Positions 1-12,620 of a stretch of 64,000 nt of DNA are shown here, piece after piece. A model generated the notes under the pieces. It did not search any database. It had not been told where the DNA came from and saw only the letters and a list, made by a program, of their open reading frames with translations. Position 1 is the stretch's first letter; every line of letters starts with the position of its first letter. The position numbers and the translations under genes were made by a program. The DNA is from Camelus ferus (Eukaryota): positions 74,338,001-74,402,000 of the forward strand of contig NC_045696.1 of the NCBI RefSeq assembly GCF_009834535.1, in the 5' to 3' direction.

Positions 1-109
1 TAAAGGTGTATTTATTTTTATATTGATTACTTCAGATAATCAAAGGCCATCTGTAAAACTGCTTTTAACAAGTTGTCATGGCACAGTGGTTCTCTTATAG
101 AAGTTCTCT

Positions 110-725
110 TTTGAATATTGCCCCTCCTCTGCAGTTTGAATGCCCCTAACATGGTTGAGCACCTCATTGTCATGCTCCATAATTAGCACAGTTGTCCTCT
201 ATTTAGTCTTCCTACTCTGGTCAGTCCTCCACACTGCTCCCAGAAATATTCTCAAAATTATATCTTATTGTTAACTCTGTGGCTTAAAAATCTTCATTGC
301 TTACAGTGTCTGTTTGAAAAAAAATAAAAAATCCTGTTACCTTGGCTGGCTACTAAGACCCTCACAAACCAACTTCCTGTCCAGCCTGTATTCCCCTCTC
401 CCCACGGCAGCCACACTGGACATTTCCAGGAGATTTCACTTGCTGCACCCTCGAACTGCAATGTCCTTCCCCCAGCAGACCCCTTCACCTGGAAAACTCC
501 TCTTCTCTGACAAGTCTCAGCTCAAACAGAACCTTCTTTGTAAGGCTTTCCCACAGGACTTTGTTACATGTGGTAAAATATAAAATGCATCATGTCACTT
601 CTCAGTATGTGGTAATTCTTTCCTCTTATGTCCAGAGGCCTTTCTTTTATGGATTCAGTCCTCAGTAGCTGTTCATGACTGTGCCTGGCACGTGGTAGAT
701 TCTCAATACGTATTTAATACACAAC
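110..725 (+). mobile_element. Decayed LINE2 (L2) 3' fragment
   Basis: Pyrimidine-rich L2-like body (ctccacactgctcccag..., cttcacctggaaaactcc...) ending in an L2-type terminus gtgcctggcacgtggtagattctcaatacgtattt. Boundaries approximate. Confidence 0.7.
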
Positions 726-1048
726 TGATCCGACAATAAAAGCTAATTTAAGCAAGGCCCTATGGGAATGGATCCCAGACTGAAGAAAGAGATAGGCAGG
801 GAGGCTGGAGAGTGGAGGCAGGAAATAAAGCAACTTTTTTTTTTTTGCTGGAGTTCTGCCTGGGGCTGTTGTTTGGTAAAGACACCTCCTTAGGTTTCGC
901 ATAAATCTTCTTGAACTCTGGTTACCTGTTTACCATCTCCCACCTAGGTAGGTTTGAACTGCACATGGCTGTTGAGATTCCCCCTGAACCAGATGAGTAG
1001 CAGAGTTAATTGGTAAGGAACAGATATTTGGAGTTAGCACAGAGGATA

Positions 1049-1168
1049 ATGTTGCCACATCTAGCAAACAAAACTGTGGGCTGCCTAATTAATTTGAACT
1101 TCAATTTCACTGATATACAATGAATACATTTTAGATACTTATATCCTGTATTTTATCTGGCAACTCTA
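1049..1168. mobile_element. MER53-like hAT MITE, internally deleted
   Basis: Left end gttgccacatctagcaaacaaaa and right end tcctgtattttatctggcaac match the remembered MER53 termini (GGTTGCCAGATTTAGCAAATAAAA / TCCTGTATTTTATCTGGCAACC). The centre is missing. Confidence 0.75.
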
Positions 1169-1193
1169 AAACAAGGCCATCAACTGAGTTTGG

Positions 1194-1339
1194 TAGGAGG
1201 AATGGTGTAACTCAAATGGTAGAGCGCATGCACTAGGTCTTAGATTCAATCCCAAAAACTTCCATTAAAAAAATAATAATAATAAATAAATAGACCTAAT
1301 GAACCCCCCCAACCAAAGAAAAGAAATTAATAATAAAAA
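1194..1339 (+). mobile_element. tRNA-derived SINE, camelid-type
   Basis: A-box-like TAACTCAAATGGTAGAGC, B-box-like GATTCAATCCC, an (AAT)n/AATAAAT tail with acctaatgaaccccccc, and a direct repeat GAGTTTGG at 1186-1193 and 1340-1347 (TSD). Confidence 0.8.
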
Positions 1340-1734
1340 GAGTTTGGCAATGATGAGTATTTTATTGAATTTGTAAATGTTTCGCTTTTCTCCAAAAAAG
1401 ATTTATATCAGCTTAAAGAAAAAGACATAACATAGGTTCGTAAATTAGAAATAGAAAACTAGGGATGAGTGAAATCTATAATTAATATAATTGAGCTTTA
1501 AATTTTGCCCTAAACTTTCTGAAACAGTACAACAAGGCATGATAAGCTGCATGTGTCTAGAGATTAAAAAGACCATTCTTCAGAGAGAAAAATTAGTATT
1601 ATCATAAAGAAGAAATGTGACACAGTAGACTGGATTTTTAGTAAGACAGTTTACATGCAAGTCCTTAAGTCACAATAGCGTTCTCGACCTCATTTCAGAG
1701 CTCTTCTATAAAATGGGATTATTACTGTCCGTTG

Positions 1735-2270
1735 CAGTTATCTACCTGTGGCTGTGTAATATAGGTATCTACCTATAATTTGGTGGCTTAAAACAACAAC
1801 CATTTTATTTTGGCTTATGATTCCTGAATCAGGAATTTGAGCAGGCCTTAACTAGGCAATGTGTCTGCTCCACTGCAGCATTGACGGAGGTCACTCTGTA
1901 GAACTGAGCTTGAGTATGGGCTGTTCTGAGGTTCCCAGATGTCTTCACTCTCATATCTATGCCTTAGCAGGACTGTGTGGAAGGCCAGGCTCACCTGGGA
2001 CTGTGGCTCAAGGTACCTACATGTGGTCTCTCTGGTATGACAGTCTCAAAGTACTTAGACTTCTAACAAGGGCTGTTGGAGTGTTTGTTCTAAAAGACAC
2101 GAGGCAAAAACTGCCAATCTCTTAACGCTTGGGCCCAGAAATGGACTCAGTTATACCTCCTCCATATTCTACTGGTCATGCAGTCACAAGGCCAACCCAG
2201 ATTCATGAACAGGGAACATAGGCCCAACCTCTCAATAGGAAGAGGGTCCAAAATATGATGGCCATCTCCC
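1735..2270. mobile_element. MLT1 (ERVL-MaLR) solo LTR, G/H-like
   Basis: gctgtgtaat...ggtggcttaaaacaacaaccattttattttggcttatgattc...caggaatttgagcagg at one end and ccatattctactggtc...agtcacaaggccaacccagattca at the other are typical MLT1 motifs. Confidence 0.8.
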
Positions 2271-2689
2271 ACTCTGACTCTTCACCAGGTTCATGGGAAG
2301 ATGGAGTGACGATGTTTGCACAAGTACAGATAATGTAAATGGCCTATTAGGATATAAGGGGCTAGTCCTATCAAAATCTCCCTTAACTATGACCCCTACT
2401 TAATCCCTGCTGCAGACAATCCTTTACGCCAGAGAAAAGGTGTACATATTACAAGTAAATCAGATGATTGGGATCCTCACAGATGTTCTTTGGGAAAACA
2501 AAAGAACCCTGAATGTTAAGAGCAGCTGATAGATAAGACACTGATTTCCAGCTATTTCTGGGTTACTGAACTCTGCCTTAGGCCACTGGACCAGTATAAG
2601 CATCTTGGTTTTCTCAGCAAGTGACTCATGTGCCTAAGAGTATTTATATCAATGATAGTTCCCAAGATTAGAAAGACACTCACTGCCTT

Positions 2690-2790
2690 CACACTTACCT
2701 ACAGCTAAGGAAACAAAAGCTGAGGGAGATTAAGTGACCTGCATCAGCTCACAGAGCTTTGAGTAGTAGGGACAGAATATGATCATAACA
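2690..2790 (-). mobile_element. MIR fragment
   Basis: Antisense MIR core: aaggaaacaaaagctgagggagattaagtgacctgcatcagctcacagagc. Confidence 0.6.
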
Positions 2791-3754
2791 ACAGCTCTAC
2801 CTTTGTATAATATTTGATAAGCCATAAGGCTCATATGCTTATTTTATGCCACTAGATCCTCATAATCTCTTAGAAGGAAATTCTAAAAGCCAGCACATCT
2901 GAAGACCAGCCAAGGGATCTTTCCACTACACACCTGCCTAACATCTGGGCCCCTAAACTTTGCAGGATGGAAGTGGGAGAGGGATGAGAGAGGAACAGGC
3001 AGCCTGATCTAGGCTGGAAGTCTGGATGGGTCATGTAGGTGAAGGAGCCCCAAAAGAAAATGGCTATTTCTCAAATTTCTTTAGGGGTTCATTCTGAATA
3101 GTTTCTTCCTTTTCCACAAGTCCTTTTAATGGCCTTAAAGGACACCTGACCTCACATGATCATTTTTGCAGAAGAAGGACTTGCCCTAATACAGACTGCT
3201 TAGCCTTTTCTCCTTTTCTTTAGCTATTTTTGCTGAACTGTCAATAAATTCTCAAGTGTTTGAGCTAAGCAACAATGGGAGTAATTTCCATTTCTGTTTC
3301 TCTCAGCATGAAAGAAGGCAGTCTCTTTTCAATCCAAGGAACTTGGTTAACAAAACTTAAAGAAGCATCCGGAACTACCAGTTTCTCTGGCCTTTTTTTA
3401 CTTTTTTTAAAAAGAAAAGAAAAACACCAAATATGATTTTTGTTTATTTCTTTTGCAAGAAGTATTTGCTCCACCCCCCAAGCTTCTGAGATGTTGTTTC
3501 TAGGCTTATTCTGTCAATATCTGAAGAACACTTCACAGCAATGTGATAGCTTTTGGGTGCATGGGGAGAAAATAAGCAGCACTCAGATCCTCAGAGAGCA
3601 TCGCTTGAGCCATGCAGCCTGAGAACACGGCTTATATCCTTTATCAGTGTCAAGAGACCCTGATAGTGAATGTTTCATCCATAAATCCAGTAGTTGAATT
3701 TCTAAAATAAAGATCCTGGGGCCATTTTGCAGTATCTGAATTTAGCTAGATAGC

Positions 3755-3795
3755 TGGATGGATGGATGGATGGATAGACAGACAGACAGACAGAT
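3755..3795. repeat. Compound microsatellite (TGGA)n(CAGA)n
   Basis: tggatggatggatggatggatagacagacagacagacagat read directly. Confidence 0.95.
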
Positions 3796-4069
3796 AAGAG
3801 AAAATTTAAAATAACACATACTATTAGATGTATTATGAAAACTCAATTATATGAAGACATAGCTGAGGGAAAATACTGGTTCCACTGCAGTAAAAAGATA
3901 AGGAAATAATGGTCCCATTGACCCCAAAATGTCTTGGTGCTGGAGACATAAAGTGACATGAGATTGGCATGAACAGTTAACAGTAATTCCAAGAGATGTT
4001 ATTGTGCTAGAAATTTCAGATGCTCTCAGAAAGGGTTTTTTCAAAATTAAAATATGCGTTTTTATTATA

Positions 4070-4660
4070 AAATTATTTTTTAATTATGTTTTCAAGTATA
4101 AAATAATAAAGAAAGTAGACCAAAAGAGTTCCCTTCATCTCCACTCTCCTCCCCACTTCTGCAACACACATATACCTCCTATCCCAATCCCAATCCCTAG
4201 AGGCATCCACTGTTAACAGATTTAACATAGCCTTCTGGACCTCTATGCACAAATAAGTATTTTAAGTTCATGTGTTCATACTTTATATAATGTTCTATAA
4301 TATGCTTTTAAAATCATTAATATAGCCATCTTTCCACTTCAACACATAATAAAAATCATCTCATCTTTTGTAATGATTACATAAAAATTCATTTTCCAAA
4401 GTCCACTTTAACCAAGACCTTGCTGAGTTTAGGTGGTTTCCAAGTGTTTCTATTTCACAATGCACTGCAGTGGACATCCTTGAATTTATATCATAATACA
4501 CTTTAATGAGTATATCCCTATGATAAATTTCTTACAGTGAAATTTGAGGCCAAAACATTTGCACATTTTGTAATGTAACACATTTTTCTAGGTTGCCTTC
4601 TAGAAGATTATAACATTGCTTACTCCCATTAAGAACCTATAACATTCCTAGAAAAATTTT
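4070..4660 (-). mobile_element. Ancient L1M (L1ME-like) 3' fragment
   Basis: Antisense L1ME hallmarks: ccctagaggcatccactgttaacag, ttaggtggtttccaa...caatgcactgcagtggacatcctt, ttgccttctagaag. Confidence 0.65.
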
Positions 4661-5364
4661 TGTGCTGCCAATGGTTGTTTCATGGTAAGAGAAGTTTGTC
4701 TCTGCCATGTAATTACTAGCGAGAAAATGATGACTTCTACAGAAGCCAAAGGATCAATGGATAAGAAACCATGGAACTCAAAGACTGGTTTAAAACCCCA
4801 ATAGTGTGTGGATAGCTTTCTTCAAATCAGGTGATATAAGACACTGGACTGTTTGAAAAGTGTACATCCCCATGTCTTCATTGATAGCTGTCCAAGTGCC
4901 CTCTCAAGTGCTTGATGGGATGTATTTGGGTTATTTTCTTTTTTCCTTTCATATAAAATACACTTAGAGCACAGTATAATAGGTGAAGCACTGCGCAGGA
5001 AGTTGTGGCACATGGAGCTGGTATCAGCTGTACCACCAAGTAGCATGTGGAATACACAGTAGGGAAATTGATCTGTGAGGACAAATCACAGGTTAGGCTA
5101 GACATGGCTATTTAAAGTGAGTCAAGCATAACACTTGCAGCCATTGGTTGTGGTCAGATGGAATATGAGGCAGAAATACTGGTTTGTGTCAGCAGAAGTC
5201 AAAATTGGGTGAGAAAATGAGAAAAACACACTTCAGAGCAAGCAGAACAAGAGGTCAGGTAGAGAAAGTGCTTCACAGAGAAGTTGCCCAGGCTCTGAAT
5301 ACTGCCTTAAATAAATACAGAGAGTTGAAGGTCCTCTGAATTGTAATCTATTCAATAAAGATAT

Positions 5365-5455
5365 AAACACACACACACATAATGCAAATACACATCTACG
5401 TATGTGTGTACATTTATGTATACATACATGGGTATATATGTATGTGTATATTTAA
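5365..5455. repeat. CA/TA low-complexity tract
   Basis: acacacacacacat...tatgtgtgtacatttatgtatacatacatgggtatatatgtatgtgtata. Confidence 0.85.
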
Positions 5456-5534
5456 GGATATAGCAATAATCAGTCTTTCTTTTATAGAACTAGTATTTCA
5501 GTTAAGGAGACTAAGGATTTTAATTACCAATTTC

Positions 5535-6290
5535 AATGTGTGTTGGGGAGAGTGTAGGGCTTCCCCACAATACAAGCAATTCTTGGACACCAGCTGGATG
5601 TCCTGCCATTCAACACAATTCTGACACTATCTACCTGAAAATAGCATCAGGTTCAAGATGTTAAGGGCTCAGTCTTACAAGACTGCCCTTCATCTCAAAT
5701 GCCAGTTGCAAGTCCAGGTTGTCACCTGTGCTTCTGACTGACGGGCTACAGATTGGAGGTTCCAATGACACCTTCCTTGTGTTTAATTAACTCGCTTGAG
5801 CAGCTCATAGCTAGAGGAACATTTTATTTACTAAATCACTGATTTATTACAAAAAGATATAACTCAGGAACAGCCAGGCAGAAAAGATAGTGAGGGAAAG
5901 GCATGGGGAAGGGGTGCTAAGCTTCCCTGGCCACTCTCCCTGAATTTCCACAAATTCACTAACTCAGAAGCTCTCTGAACTCTGTCCTTTGGAGGCTTTG
6001 TGGAGTTTTTATTATGTAGACATGATTGATTAAATCATTGGCAATTGGCAACTGAACCCAATCATCAGTCCCTCTGTCTGCCCTGGAGATGGAGGAGGGA
6101 GGGGGAAAGTTTCAACCCACTAAGCATCTGGCTGGCTCTACTGGCAACCAGCCCCCACACTTAGGTGCAATCTAAAGTCGCCTCATTAACATAACAAAGA
6201 TACCTGTATCACTCTCATCACTGGAAATTCCAATGGCTTTAGGAGCTCTAAGCTAGAAACTAGGACAAAACCCAAAACTATTTCAGATAG
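5535..6290. mobile_element. MER21-family ERVL solo LTR
   Basis: caagcaattc...ggacaccagctggatgtcct...aattctgacactatctacctg...agggctcagtc..acaagactgccc and agtcgcctcattaacataacaaaga closely match remembered MER21B/C consensus. Confidence 0.8.
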
Positions 6291-6339
6291 AATGCTCAGA
6301 GAAGTATCTTTTATAATAACTTTTGAGGAAAGACTTGAA

Positions 6340-8025
6340 GGAAGTGAGAAAATGAACCATATAGATAACTGGAGGAAGAACTTCTCTGTACAAATTTCCA
6401 AGACTGAAATATGCCTGGGGTGGTGGAGGAGCAGCAAGAAGGCCCATCTGCCTGGAGCCAACTTATGAACCAAAGGAAATATAAGAGAAGACAAGATCAG
6501 AGAGGTTACTATGGCAGACCATGTGGTGTTGCAGGCCTAAGGACTTAGACTGAGCAGAATAGTGTTTTAAAAGAGTTATTCTGGCTGCTGTGGGAGAAAA
6601 TCTACAGAGGGATGAGGGTGGAAGCAACAACAGTTAGGTTTATGTCCAGGTGAAAACCAGAGTGGTAGCTGGAGAGGTAGAAAGAAGTAGCCTACTTCGA
6701 AGGTAGAGTGGGCAGGATTGGCTGACAGATTGGAGTTAGAATGTGACAGAAAGAGAAGAGTCAAGAATAATTCAAGGTTTTTTGCCTGAAAGACTGGAAA
6801 AGGTGGGGAAGCTGTGGAAAGAATAGATTTAGAGGGAAGTGGGAAACAAGAGTTTGACTGGGGGAACTGTTAGGTTTGAAATGTTTATTAGGCATTTAAG
6901 TGGAAATGTTAAGTAAGCAGTGGGAAATGTGAGTCTGGAGTTCACAGGCAAGAACAGGGCCGGAGAAAGAAGTGCTGAATCATCAATGTAAAGAATGAGA
7001 CTGGATGAGATCATCCAGAGAGTGAGCGGAGATAAAGACAAGGCTCAAGGAATGAGTCCCAGTGCACATCTGTGTTCAACTGAGGAAGAACCAGCCATGG
7101 ATAAGAAGAAGGAACAGATGGTAAAGTGGAAGGAAGCCAAAAGAGAGAGATGTCCTAGGGGCAAAATGAAGGAACTATTTGAAGAGGTGGAGGTGAAAAT
7201 CTGTATCAGATGCCACCAACAGGTCGAATAAGATGGAGACTGAGAACTGACCATTAGATTTGATGACATAAAGGTCATCACTGACCTTGCCAAAGCAGTT
7301 TTGATGATACAGGATAGTCGAAAGCCCTAATGGAGTGGATTCCTGAGAAATTAGAAAAAGGGAAGTAAAAACATCTGGAATAGTCAAATCTCTTAAAGAG
7401 TCTAACTGTAAAGGAACTGAGAAAAGATTGATAACTGGAGGAGAATGAGTCAGGAATGTGTTGCATTTTAAGTTGGGAGATATTATCATGTTTTTAGGCT
7501 AATGGAAATGAGCAGTAGAGTTGAGACAGTTTATAATGTAAGAGAGAAATGGAAAAACTGCCCATGTGAAGTTCTTGAGGAGACAAGAGAGAATGAGATC
7601 TAGTTCAGAAGGAGAAGAGTTGACATTAGGAGCCGAAATTTTGTCTTTTGAAACAAAGGGAAAGTAAAGTATTCAGGCACAGATGCAAGCAGATTAACAG
7701 GTGAGGTGGTAGGAGAGTATCGAAATCATCTTGGTTTTTTGTATTTACCTAGTGAAATAAAAAAATTGAAGTAGTCAGCTGAGAGTAAGTTGAGGGAAAG
7801 AGTCATTGAGGATCAGAAGCATGAGATAGTGAATTGACTAAGGAAATGAAGGATTGCTGGGCGGCACAAAAGACCTACTTGAGATTTGTGGACCTGAGTT
7901 CAAGATGAGGCCAACAATGTTTTGCAGGTATCAAAATAGTTGAAGATGGGATTTAATCAGAATTGAGTTTTTGCCAGGTGATTGTGACGGATGGACAGGG
8001 GAGCAAGGGAGTCGGAGATGTAATC
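6340..8025 (-). mobile_element. Long L2 fragment including reverse-transcriptase relic
   Basis: Purine-rich antisense L2 sequence. The minus-strand translation (7175-7489) contains KVSDDLYVIKSNGQFSVSILFDLLVASDT, a decayed L2/CR1 RT motif (KV.NDL...G..S.LILLDLSAAFDT). Confidence 0.88.
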
Positions 8026-8044
8026 TTTGAATTATAATTATAAT

Positions 8045-8245
8045 CACAATAATCAAAATTTATTCATCATCTGTGATGTGTAAGACACCATGCTCAGTGT
8101 TCTACAGAATATATCTACAATCTTTGCAACATACTTTAATAGTAGGTATTGTTATCCCCATTTTATAGGTGAGGAAACTAAGGCCCAATGATATTCAATG
8201 ATTTTAAAAAGCTACATATGTCTGGTGTATAACTGAGCTGGGATA
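8045..8245 (-). mobile_element. MIR
   Basis: Antisense MIR core attgttatccccattttataggtgaggaaactaaggccca, preceded by a MIR 3'-end-like segment. Confidence 0.85.
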
Positions 8246-10589
8246 CAATATTTTGCATATCTTAAATTTATAACAAGGACTTCTATATTATTAATTTTAA
8301 TTTCCCATCTATGGTTCATTGGAAAGGTAACAGGGAAAAAGGAAAGCATGACTCTTGATATCTGCTCTGGAAAACACCCTATGCACATATCCCCAACCAA
8401 CCAATGTTAGGACTGCCATGATATACTCATTCAAATACTTTGAATAGTTTTCTGTTTTCAAAGACTTTGGAGAGAATGGGGGGAACAATGGAGAGATTAG
8501 TTTCTTTAAACTGAGCTAAGCCCAAGGAATTGATTCTGAGGGCACTGACACTTTTAAAAATATGCTTTAATTTCAAAGTTTCTGCACTTCTGTGTGTTAT
8601 TCATGGTGGGGGCTTGGTTTCACCTTTGCACTCGGGGCTCTCTCGTTTGTGAAATAATGGACCATTGGAAAGGCAACTAAGAGCAAGATCCTGATCTTGA
8701 ATGGAAATTGAGGAGTGACAATTCTCTGCATAAAAAAATAAAAGGCCCTCTTCATTGGGTGTCATTTCTGAAAACCAAAAATCTGTCTAGGTTTCAGGGC
8801 CCTGGACTCAAGAGCAAAGAGTACTTGTTCAAAGTCACTCCTAAATGATGGAGAAAAGCGGACCCCTCCAATACGGCATTAGCCAAGAGAAACAGGAGAG
8901 CATCCAGTTGGAAGTAGCAGTGTCTCTACCCTCCAGTTGTGTTTTCCATCTTCTATATTATAAACCCTATTCTGTTAACTTCATGTCTTCTATAAAGTTT
9001 TATTAAAAACTACAGTCTGGTCTTACAAGTTTAGGGGATTTCAGATGGGACCTGTGTTCACACATGGGATAATTATGTCACTTGCTACAGAAGCCTAAAG
9101 AATAGTTATAAGAAAGCAAGGAACCCAAAGAAGCCATCCAGATGAATAGGGGACCTGTAAGTACTCCCTGGGAAGTCTCAGAAAGAGGAAGTAAGGACAA
9201 ATAGGACTTCCTGCTAGATCAAGTGGTACAAAGAATCTCCACTGCTCTTAGTAAAGGAAGAGAATCCTGAAGGCTGGAGAACTTTGGGGCAGCTACCTTA
9301 CAGAAACTGTTTGGTTGTCTCTACCACACGGTTTTAACAATACTTGTAAATATTCATGTTCCTTCTTTATGAATAATATAAATACAGGGTATCTCTACTA
9401 ATGTTAAATGCCTAGAATTTGTGATTCCAGTTGCTGACTCTCAATACCACTCAAGAGACACAAAGTAATATGAATTCTTAAGATGCAAAAGAGAAAAAGA
9501 GAGGCTCTTGCTAAGTAATTATTCATAAACTCTTTTTCTCAGAACCTATGTCATAAATTTAGGTTTCAACCATGATAAACTTATGCAAAAACACGTTCTT
9601 CCCACACTTTATTATACAAATGTGGTTCAGCTTCTTCACTGAAGTCCTGAGACCCTCATTTATCTCTCTTCCTTCTTTTGCTTTACTGGAAGAACTTCAT
9701 GGCAAAACTTTATTTTACAAAATTCAGAAAACATGAAAATATAATGTAAAACAGCATAAACTCACAGTATCATAGAGAAGACATGGCTAGCATTTTAGGT
9801 GCATTTCATTCCAGACAAAAATCAAAACTACTCACAAGAATCTCTCATTATCTTCATTATCTGAATTTAATCTGCTTCTCAAAAAATGTTGGATAGCAAA
9901 TATTCAGTTAAAAAGAGCCATCTTTCATTACTCTAAATACAGAAGTTCTCAGCCCATCAAAACCTTCCAAGTGATTTCCTCAAATATCATTAAAATACTT
10001 TTAAACATAAATGTAACAATACACCAAGAATTTCTGCATAACATAAAGCATATAGAACACCAATAACCTAATTATTAAACTCTTAATGAACTCATTAGTA
10101 GGTATGTTTACATGCAGTACAGGTGGAGACTGTACATTTGCAAATACAAATTCCATTTCCCTCTATACTACAGGAAACATGAACTGTATGTATGTAATGT
10201 AAATGATAAAATAGTGAGTTAGACACTAAAAATAAGATCTGAGTTGGGCCTGGGCTGGTAGAACCCTTAGATACCTCACAGAAGTGATCTCTGGTAATGC
10301 TGAATGTCTAGACCATCCGGGAGAGAGTGGGTTTTGAAGATGGTACTGATAACGTATGGCATGTTTACTCTCCTGTGGGGAACAGGTACAGTGAGCCTAC
10401 AGCACTCTGTATGTCCTCTTGCCAGGACTCAGGGACAACTGAAAATCTTCCCTAAACAGTATTTGCAAATCCCTTATAGTTTTGTTTTTAATTTAGAGAA
10501 TAAATTTGGATAGTGAATAGGTTAGTCAATTTTATGTAATTTTTTTTATAAGTGATTACAATGAATGTTCATACAGAGTCAGATAGCAA

Positions 10590-10715
10590 TGAATTATATA
10601 TTTATTATATATAATAATTAAATGTAAATAGTATATATAATAATACAAATATAATATGTGTATACACATACACATATACCCATGTATGTGTACACACACT
10701 CCCTGTATATACATA
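10590..10715. repeat. AT-rich / (TA)(CA) low-complexity tract
   Basis: tatatatttattatatataataatt...tatacacatacacatatacc. Confidence 0.8.
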
Positions 10716-10719
10716 CCCA

Positions 10720-11390
10720 TTCTATTATTAATATTATGACAGAAACCACTTTTTTCATTAACATATACCCTCATATTTTCCATGCTTTGGTTTCCAAGTC
10801 ACCATTTTTAAAGATCAATAGTGTCCCATTATCTCCAAATTAATAAATTATCATTTTCCTATTGTTGACCATTTAAGTTGTTTCAATTTTCCATTATTAC
10901 AAATGATGCTTCATATATAAATCGTAGTGTAAACTTGTGATTATTTTTAAATTCTTGAAAGTGGAAATACTAAGTCACCAGGTATAAACATTTTTGAAGC
11001 TCTTGATCCATATTACCAAACTATCCTCCAGAAAAGTTGTATTAATGACAATACGCACTGCAGTGTAAAAAATATTCATTCAAAAATCTCTGAATACTGA
11101 GCATTTTCTTTACAAAAAAAAAAAAAAATCTGCCAACCTGATAAGTGACAATGGAGCTTCCATGTTCAAGTACCTATTTATTATTACTATTTTTGCTAAC
11201 TTTTTTGTTTATCATTTATATTTATTGACCATTTATACTTCTTTATGAATTTTCTATTTAGGTTTCTCCCACATTCTTAATGGATTATTTTTTTAACTTT
11301 ATTCATAAAAGTATTTGCATATTAAGTATAATTGCCTATTATCTGCCTCTTATGTTGTGAATATTTTTCCTTCTCAAAGTCTTAGAAATT
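10720..11390 (-). mobile_element. Ancient L1M (L1ME/L1MC5-like) fragment
   Basis: ttcctattgttgaccatttaagttgtttcaattttcc, ccaaactatcctccagaaaagttgt and ttgaccatttatacttcttt are antisense L1M 3'/ORF2-end motifs. Confidence 0.75.
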
Positions 11391-11699
11391 TCAAAGCTCG
11401 ACCTATATCCCATTTACCAAACTTAATCAGTCTCCTTAGGAGTACTTGCTGGTGTGAATGAGGCTTATCAGTTCATTACAGAAGAGAATCTATCAAATTT
11501 CCCACGCACCCCATCTCACCTCAAAAGCTTTTCTTCTTCACCTTGGGTGGAAGAATCACATCTTCAGCATTGGTCTAGGCCTCCTGTGGCCCATCCTGGT
11601 TTTCAGGAAGGTCCAATCGGTTGGTCAGGTAGTTCTTAGACTTGTTTTCCTGAGGCATTCAAGCCCTGGGAGTCCAGTGCTTTGGGGCTGGACATAGAG

Positions 11700-11830
11700 G
11701 TTGGCTGGGACTGAGGCCTTGATCAGGTTAATCCCTTAACTTGTCTATGCCTCAGGTTCCTCATCTGGAAAATCAAATGCATGATCCATGTGATTCCCAG
11801 CACCCTTTTCAGCTCTATCCTTCTGTGAGT
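11700..11830 (+). mobile_element. MIR (MIR3-like) fragment
   Basis: cttaacttgtctatgcctcaggttcctcatctggaaaat...cccttttcagctcta. Confidence 0.75.
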
Positions 11831-12149
11831 CTTAATTTAGTTAATGTTGTGTGTGCCTGAAAATAACTTTTCATTAGAGGACTTAAAAGACTCCATTTGT
11901 TTTGAATGCCCAATTCCTTATTTTGCTAGATGGGTAAAACCCATAATTTATTTCCTTCATTAGCATTGACGTGGTCTTTTTGCATATTTACTCAGTAAAA
12001 GTTGACTGCATCACTTCAGAAAACTAAAGGGTAAGCACTCACAGCCCTGAGGTTCTTACACAGTGATGTGTAAGAAAGAACCACCTCTGCTGCAAGGCAG
12101 ATGTGTACATTGTCTTGAGATAACAACCATGGCATGTGTGTAAAACCAG

Positions 12150-12620
12150 CATGCAGTCATAAACAAGGCCTGCAGGAGTGAGGGAAAGTTTCACAGTGGA
12201 GCTGACACTTGAGCAATCCTTGAAACAAACCTCTGAATTCCCCAGGACATGAAGGAGAAGAAGGAAGGGAGTGGCAAATGGAGGGAACAGCATATGTGAA
12301 AGCACAGAGGTGCAATCCAGTGTGGCATATTCCAGGGAGAGCAAGCAGCCGGATAACCCTAGATTATATTTGGGGACTTGTGAGAAAAGAAGCTTAGGAG
12401 GAAAAAGTAGTGAAAATCTTTACTTGTCTTGAAAATGATGTGGATTTTTATCCTCTTGTTAAAGAAGAGAGTTGAAGGACTTTTTAAAAAGTAATTTACA
12501 TTTATTTTTGAATGTTGACTCTCATTGCATTGTAGAGAATCAATTAGAATGAAGGTAGGGGCGGTGTTTAGAAATTTAGGAGACTCTTGTAAGTTAGTCC
12601 AGAAAGGAAATAAGAGTCTA
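12150..12620 (-). mobile_element. L2 fragment
   Basis: gggaaagtttcacagtggagctgacacttgagc...gagggaacagcatatgtgaaagcacagagg (antisense L2). Confidence 0.75.

Noticed and set aside
1194-1270. tRNA-like sequence
   Set aside because: The anticodon arm is partly deleted and it has an A-rich tail and TSD, so it is a SINE, not a tRNA gene.
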